Positions 36,413-39,868 of a stretch of 39,868 nt of DNA are shown one piece after another. The notes under the pieces are model-generated. The model searched no databases. It saw only the letters and a program-made list of their open reading frames with translations, and had not been told where the DNA came from. This stretch comes from an uncultured Ignavibacteriales bacterium. Lineage in GTDB: Bacteria; Zixibacteria; MSB-5A5; GN15; JAAZOE01. Made by a program: the position numbers and the translations under genes. The first letter of the stretch is position 1. Every line of letters begins with the position of its first letter. Where the stretch lies: NCBI GenBank assembly GCA_964611355.1, contig CAZSYD010000018.1:1-39868 (forward strand), in the 5' to 3' direction.

Positions 36413-38268
36413 CGTCTCCGTTTCTTGAGCGTATTGCCGATTCGGTTTTAATCGCGGACGGTGGCATGGGTACCCTTCTCCATGAGAGGGGTATTTCTTT
36501 TGAGCTTAGTTTTGATGCGCTTTGCCTTGACAATCGTGAGATGGTGCTGGCTGTCCATCGCGATTACATTAACGCCGGGGTTGATCTTATCGAGACAAAC
36601 AGCTTCGGCGCCAACTCCATCAGGCTGAAGAATTACGGCCTGGAAAAGAAAACCCGTCTTATTAATCGAGAAGCGGTTCGTATTGCCCGTCAGGCCCGCG
36701 AAGAAATGGGCCGCGATATTTTCGTGGCCGGCGCCATCGGGCCGACCGGCCGCGGAATGGTGTTGATCGATCGCCCGACATATGATGAAATCTATGCCGC
36801 CTATTGTGAACAGGTGGAGGGTCTTCTGGAAGGTGGAATCGACCTTTTCGTTATTGAAACCTTTACCAATCTCAAGGAGATAAAAATCGCCATCGATGCG
36901 GTTCGGTCGCTATCCCGGTTACCGATTTCCGCCCAGATGACCTTTTCCTATGACGGCGTTACCAATCAGGGCGTACCGGCCTCGCATATCGCGAAGGAAT
37001 TGAATAAGTATGATGTTGATCTGATCGGCGCCAACTGCTCGGTCGGTCCTCAGCCGCTTCTTGATGTAATGAGTCAGTTCGCCGAAAATTCCAACAAACC
37101 CCTTTCGGTAATGCCGAACGCCGGACTGCCACGTTACATCAACGGCCGATATCTGTACTACGCTTCGCCCGACTATTTCAGCTCCTGCGGCCCGGAATTC
37201 GTCAAATATGGGGTTCGTCTGATCGGCGGCTGTTGCGGCACCACGCCGGAACATATCCGGAAACTGGCTGATGCTATTCGCACCGGCAAACCGGCCGAGA
37301 AGAAATCCGATTTTCAGCCGCTTTATTTTTCATCCGTGCCGGATGAAGGAATCGAAACGCCTGTTAAATTCAGGAATCGTTTCCGCGAAAAGTTGGGCAA
37401 AGAGTTTGTCGTTTCGGTTGAAATCGATCCTCCACGAGGGTCCAACCCGCAAAAAATCCTTAAAGGAGCGGATTATCTGGCCGGATTGGGCGTCGATGCC
37501 CTGAACGTGGCCGACTCACCGATGGGACGGGCCCGCATGGGAGCGCTGGCGGTCGCTTCACTGGTCAGGCAGACGGCAGGAGTTGAAGTTATTCTGCATC
37601 TGACCTGCCGCGATCTCAATCTAATGGGCCTCCAGTCAACCGTACTTGGGGCGTGTGCACTCGGCATCCGGAATATCCTGGCGATTACCGGGGACCCGCC
37701 CAGCGGCGATTACCCCAGCGTTACGGCGGTTTATGACGTTGATTCCATCGGCCTGTTGCAAATCATCAATTCGCTGAACAAGGGAATGGGCATTACCGGA
37801 GCCAAAATCGGCTATCCGACCGATATTCTGGCCGGAGCGGCGGTCAATCCGGCGCCTCCGGATGAAAAACTGGAAATAGACCGGCTGAAAAGAAAGATAG
37901 ACTGCGGCGCGGCCTATTTTATGACTCAGCCGATTTTTGACCTTGATACGCTCAGGAGTTTTATCGATAAGACGGCTTCCCTTGACCTGACTATCGTTAT
38001 GGGCGTGCTGCCGCTGCAATCGCTTCGGCATGCGTTGTTTTTGCATAACGAAATCCCTGGCATAAACATCCCCGAAAAGATCATAAAAAGAATTGAAAAG
38101 GCTGGAGAAAAAGCTGCCGAGGAAGGCATAGAAATCGCATCGGAGATTTCAATCCAGTGCAGAGAATACGTTTCCGGTATTTATTATATGCCGTCATTCG
38201 GGCGGTACGAAACAATCGGCGCTATTCTCGGACGAATTGGATTGACCTCGACCACAAAAGACACTTAA
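36403..38268 (+). CDS. yitJ: Bifunctional homocysteine S-methyltransferase / methylenetetrahydrofolate reductase (YitJ-like)
   Basis: DGGMGT, GANCSVGP, PNAGLP, GGCCGTTPEHI; MTHFR domain VEIDPP, HLTCRD, ITGDPP, TQPIFD. Confidence 0.9.
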   Translation: MGLTSPFLERIADSVLIADGGMGTLLHERGISFELSFDALCLDNREMVLAVHRDYINAGVDLIETNSFGANSIRLKNYGLEKKTRLINREAVRIARQAREEMGRDIFVAGAIGPTGRGMVLIDRPTYDEIYAAYCEQVEGLLEGGIDLFVIETFTNLKEIKIAIDAVRSLSRLPISAQMTFSYDGVTNQGVPASHIAKELNKYDVDLIGANCSVGPQPLLDVMSQFAENSNKPLSVMPNAGLPRYINGRYLYYASPDYFSSCGPEFVKYGVRLIGGCCGTTPEHIRKLADAIRTGKPAEKKSDFQPLYFSSVPDEGIETPVKFRNRFREKLGKEFVVSVEIDPPRGSNPQKILKGADYLAGLGVDALNVADSPMGRARMGALAVASLVRQTAGVEVILHLTCRDLNLMGLQSTVLGACALGIRNILAITGDPPSGDYPSVTAVYDVDSIGLLQIINSLNKGMGITGAKIGYPTDILAGAAVNPAPPDEKLEIDRLKRKIDCGAAYFMTQPIFDLDTLRSFIDKTASLDLTIVMGVLPLQSLRHALFLHNEIPGINIPEKIIKRIEKAGEKAAEEGIEIASEISIQCREYVSGIYYMPSFGRYETIGAILGRIGLTSTTKDT

Positions 38269-38305
38269 TTCTTTTCAAACAGGAAAAATAATCGCGGAGA
38301 GATGT

Positions 38306-39793
38306 ATGAAGTTATCGTGTTATGTTTCCAGCTTTCTTGATATCGCCGAAAATGCGGCGGTGCTGTTTTGCTGCAAAGACGTTAGGCCGAAAGGCGAACT
38401 TCTGGAGAAGATCGATATTTTATCCGGCGGGGCGGTAAGTGAGATATATCAGTCGGGCGAATTTGACGGTTCGGCCGGATCGGAAGTGATGCTGCACCGT
38501 GTACCGGAAACCGCCGCCGGCAGGATTATTCTGGCCGGTTTGGGTGGAAAAAAAGAGGTTGAGGCCGAAGCGTTTCGCCGCGCGGCAGGGCGGGTCGGGA
38601 AAATGGCCCTTGCCCGTAAACTGAAATCGGTCGCTCTCTACTTCGACGGCGAGGCGACCAATTCGACGTCGCAGGCGTTAGTAGAAGGGTTTGTGCTGGG
38701 CAGTTATCGCTATGACGATTATAAATCGGATAATAATGCCAATAAAAAAGGTCTCGAATCGCTTGCCGTCGTCGTTCCCGGCCGCGGCAAACTCCCGCAG
38801 GCACAAGCCGGTCTTGCCCGGGCGGAAGTTATCACGTGGGCGGTTACCATGTGCCGCAACTTGGGAAGTATGCCGGGTAATGATCTCTATCCGGAGTCGT
38901 ACGCCCGGCGGGCACAGAAGATCGCCCGAACCTGCGGTCTTAAATGCAGAGTACTAGGACCGGCGGAAATCAGGAAGGAAAAGATGGGGGCGCTCCTGTC
39001 GGTCGGCAAGGGTTCGGAACGGTCGCCTCGATTTGTTATCCTCGAATACAACGGCAAACCGAAATCCAAACCGGTGGTGTTGATCGGCAAAGGGATCACA
39101 TTCGATTCGGGAGGTATTTCACTCAAGCCGGGACTCAACATGGGCGAAATGAAAGGGGATATGCTGGGGTCGGGGGTTGTTCTGTCGGTGATTGCCGCTG
39201 CGGCCCGACTTAAAGCCAAAGTAAATCTGGTCGCATTGATGCCGCTGGCCGAGAACATGCCGTCGGGCGGCGCCAGCAGGCCGGGCGATATCGTTACCTC
39301 CCGCGCCGGACACACGATTGAAATTATAAACACCGACGCCGAAGGCAGGCTGGTTCTGGCTGATGCCATCGACTATGCCGATACTTTCAAACCTCAGGCT
39401 GTCATTGATATTGCTACTCTGACCGGCGCGGCGTTGTATATTCTCGGTTATGAAGGCGCGCCGTTTGTCGGCACCAGCCGGAAACTAAGCGACAACCTGA
39501 GAGCGGCTTCGGCCGGCACAGGCGAACGTATCTGGGAATTACCGCTTTGGACTGAGTTTGCCGATTTGATGAAATCCCCGATTGCCGATCTTAAAAACTC
39601 CGGCGGCAAACCGGCCGGGACACTAACGGCGGCGTTATTCTTGAAGAAGTTCGTCAAGGACTGGCCGTGGGCGCATATCGACATCGCCTACTGCGACCTC
39701 GAGCCGAACGGCCGACCGTACATTCCCAAAGGCGTTACAGGCTTCGGCACAAGGCTTCTGCTTGAATTAATACTTCACTGGAAAACGGTATAA
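38306..39793 (+). CDS. pepA: Leucyl aminopeptidase (M17)
   Basis: GKGITFDSGG, MKGDM, NTDAEGRLVLAD, ATLTGA, WAHIDIA. Confidence 0.96.
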   Translation: MKLSCYVSSFLDIAENAAVLFCCKDVRPKGELLEKIDILSGGAVSEIYQSGEFDGSAGSEVMLHRVPETAAGRIILAGLGGKKEVEAEAFRRAAGRVGKMALARKLKSVALYFDGEATNSTSQALVEGFVLGSYRYDDYKSDNNANKKGLESLAVVVPGRGKLPQAQAGLARAEVITWAVTMCRNLGSMPGNDLYPESYARRAQKIARTCGLKCRVLGPAEIRKEKMGALLSVGKGSERSPRFVILEYNGKPKSKPVVLIGKGITFDSGGISLKPGLNMGEMKGDMLGSGVVLSVIAAAARLKAKVNLVALMPLAENMPSGGASRPGDIVTSRAGHTIEIINTDAEGRLVLADAIDYADTFKPQAVIDIATLTGAALYILGYEGAPFVGTSRKLSDNLRAASAGTGERIWELPLWTEFADLMKSPIADLKNSGGKPAGTLTAALFLKKFVKDWPWAHIDIAYCDLEPNGRPYIPKGVTGFGTRLLLELILHWKTV

Positions 39794-39811
39794 AATCTAT
39801 TCTTGCATAAA

Positions 39812-39844
39812 TTAAAAAGCCCGCCTTTTAAGCGGGCTTTTTAA
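39812..39844. terminator. Bidirectional intrinsic terminator
   Basis: ttaaaaagcccgc...gcgggctttttaa. Confidence 0.85.
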
Positions 39845-39868
39845 GTAAAGTTGTATAACAGTCTATTT

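Overview
Bacterial chromosomal segment, almost entirely + strand, probably from an FCB-group diderm such as candidate division Zixibacteria (inferred from dockerin-tailed secreted proteins, TonB systems and D-[S/T] motif density; not proven). Left end: an AT-richer patch with a truncated dockerin remnant and an orphan secreted protein, bracketed by 45-bp imperfect direct repeats. Next come a ccmA'/'ccmE deletion scar and an intact ccmF, an Asp-Thr-rich lipoprotein, and a cobalamin riboswitch heading btuB and a dockerin-tailed beta-propeller. A TonB energy cluster follows (multi-TonB_C protein, TPR protein, membrane protein, exbB, two exbD, two tonB). The most unusual module (about 18.1-23.9 kb) has a promoter with paired NrdR-like boxes and a LexA-like box, a stand-alone NrdJ-like Zn ribbon, an archaeal Hel308-like helicase with a C-terminal winged helix and nested start site, and a Lon with degenerate ATPase motifs but an intact Ser-Lys dyad. 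The remainder holds a cohesin-like protein, a BACON/dockerin surface protein, miaB, a GAF pseudokinase-REC, a sigma28-type promoter before an HDOD-HisKA protein, aroC, split metE, yitJ-like and pepA. No rRNA, tRNA, CRISPR array, transposase or integrase was recognised. All assignments come from manual motif reading, without database searches.
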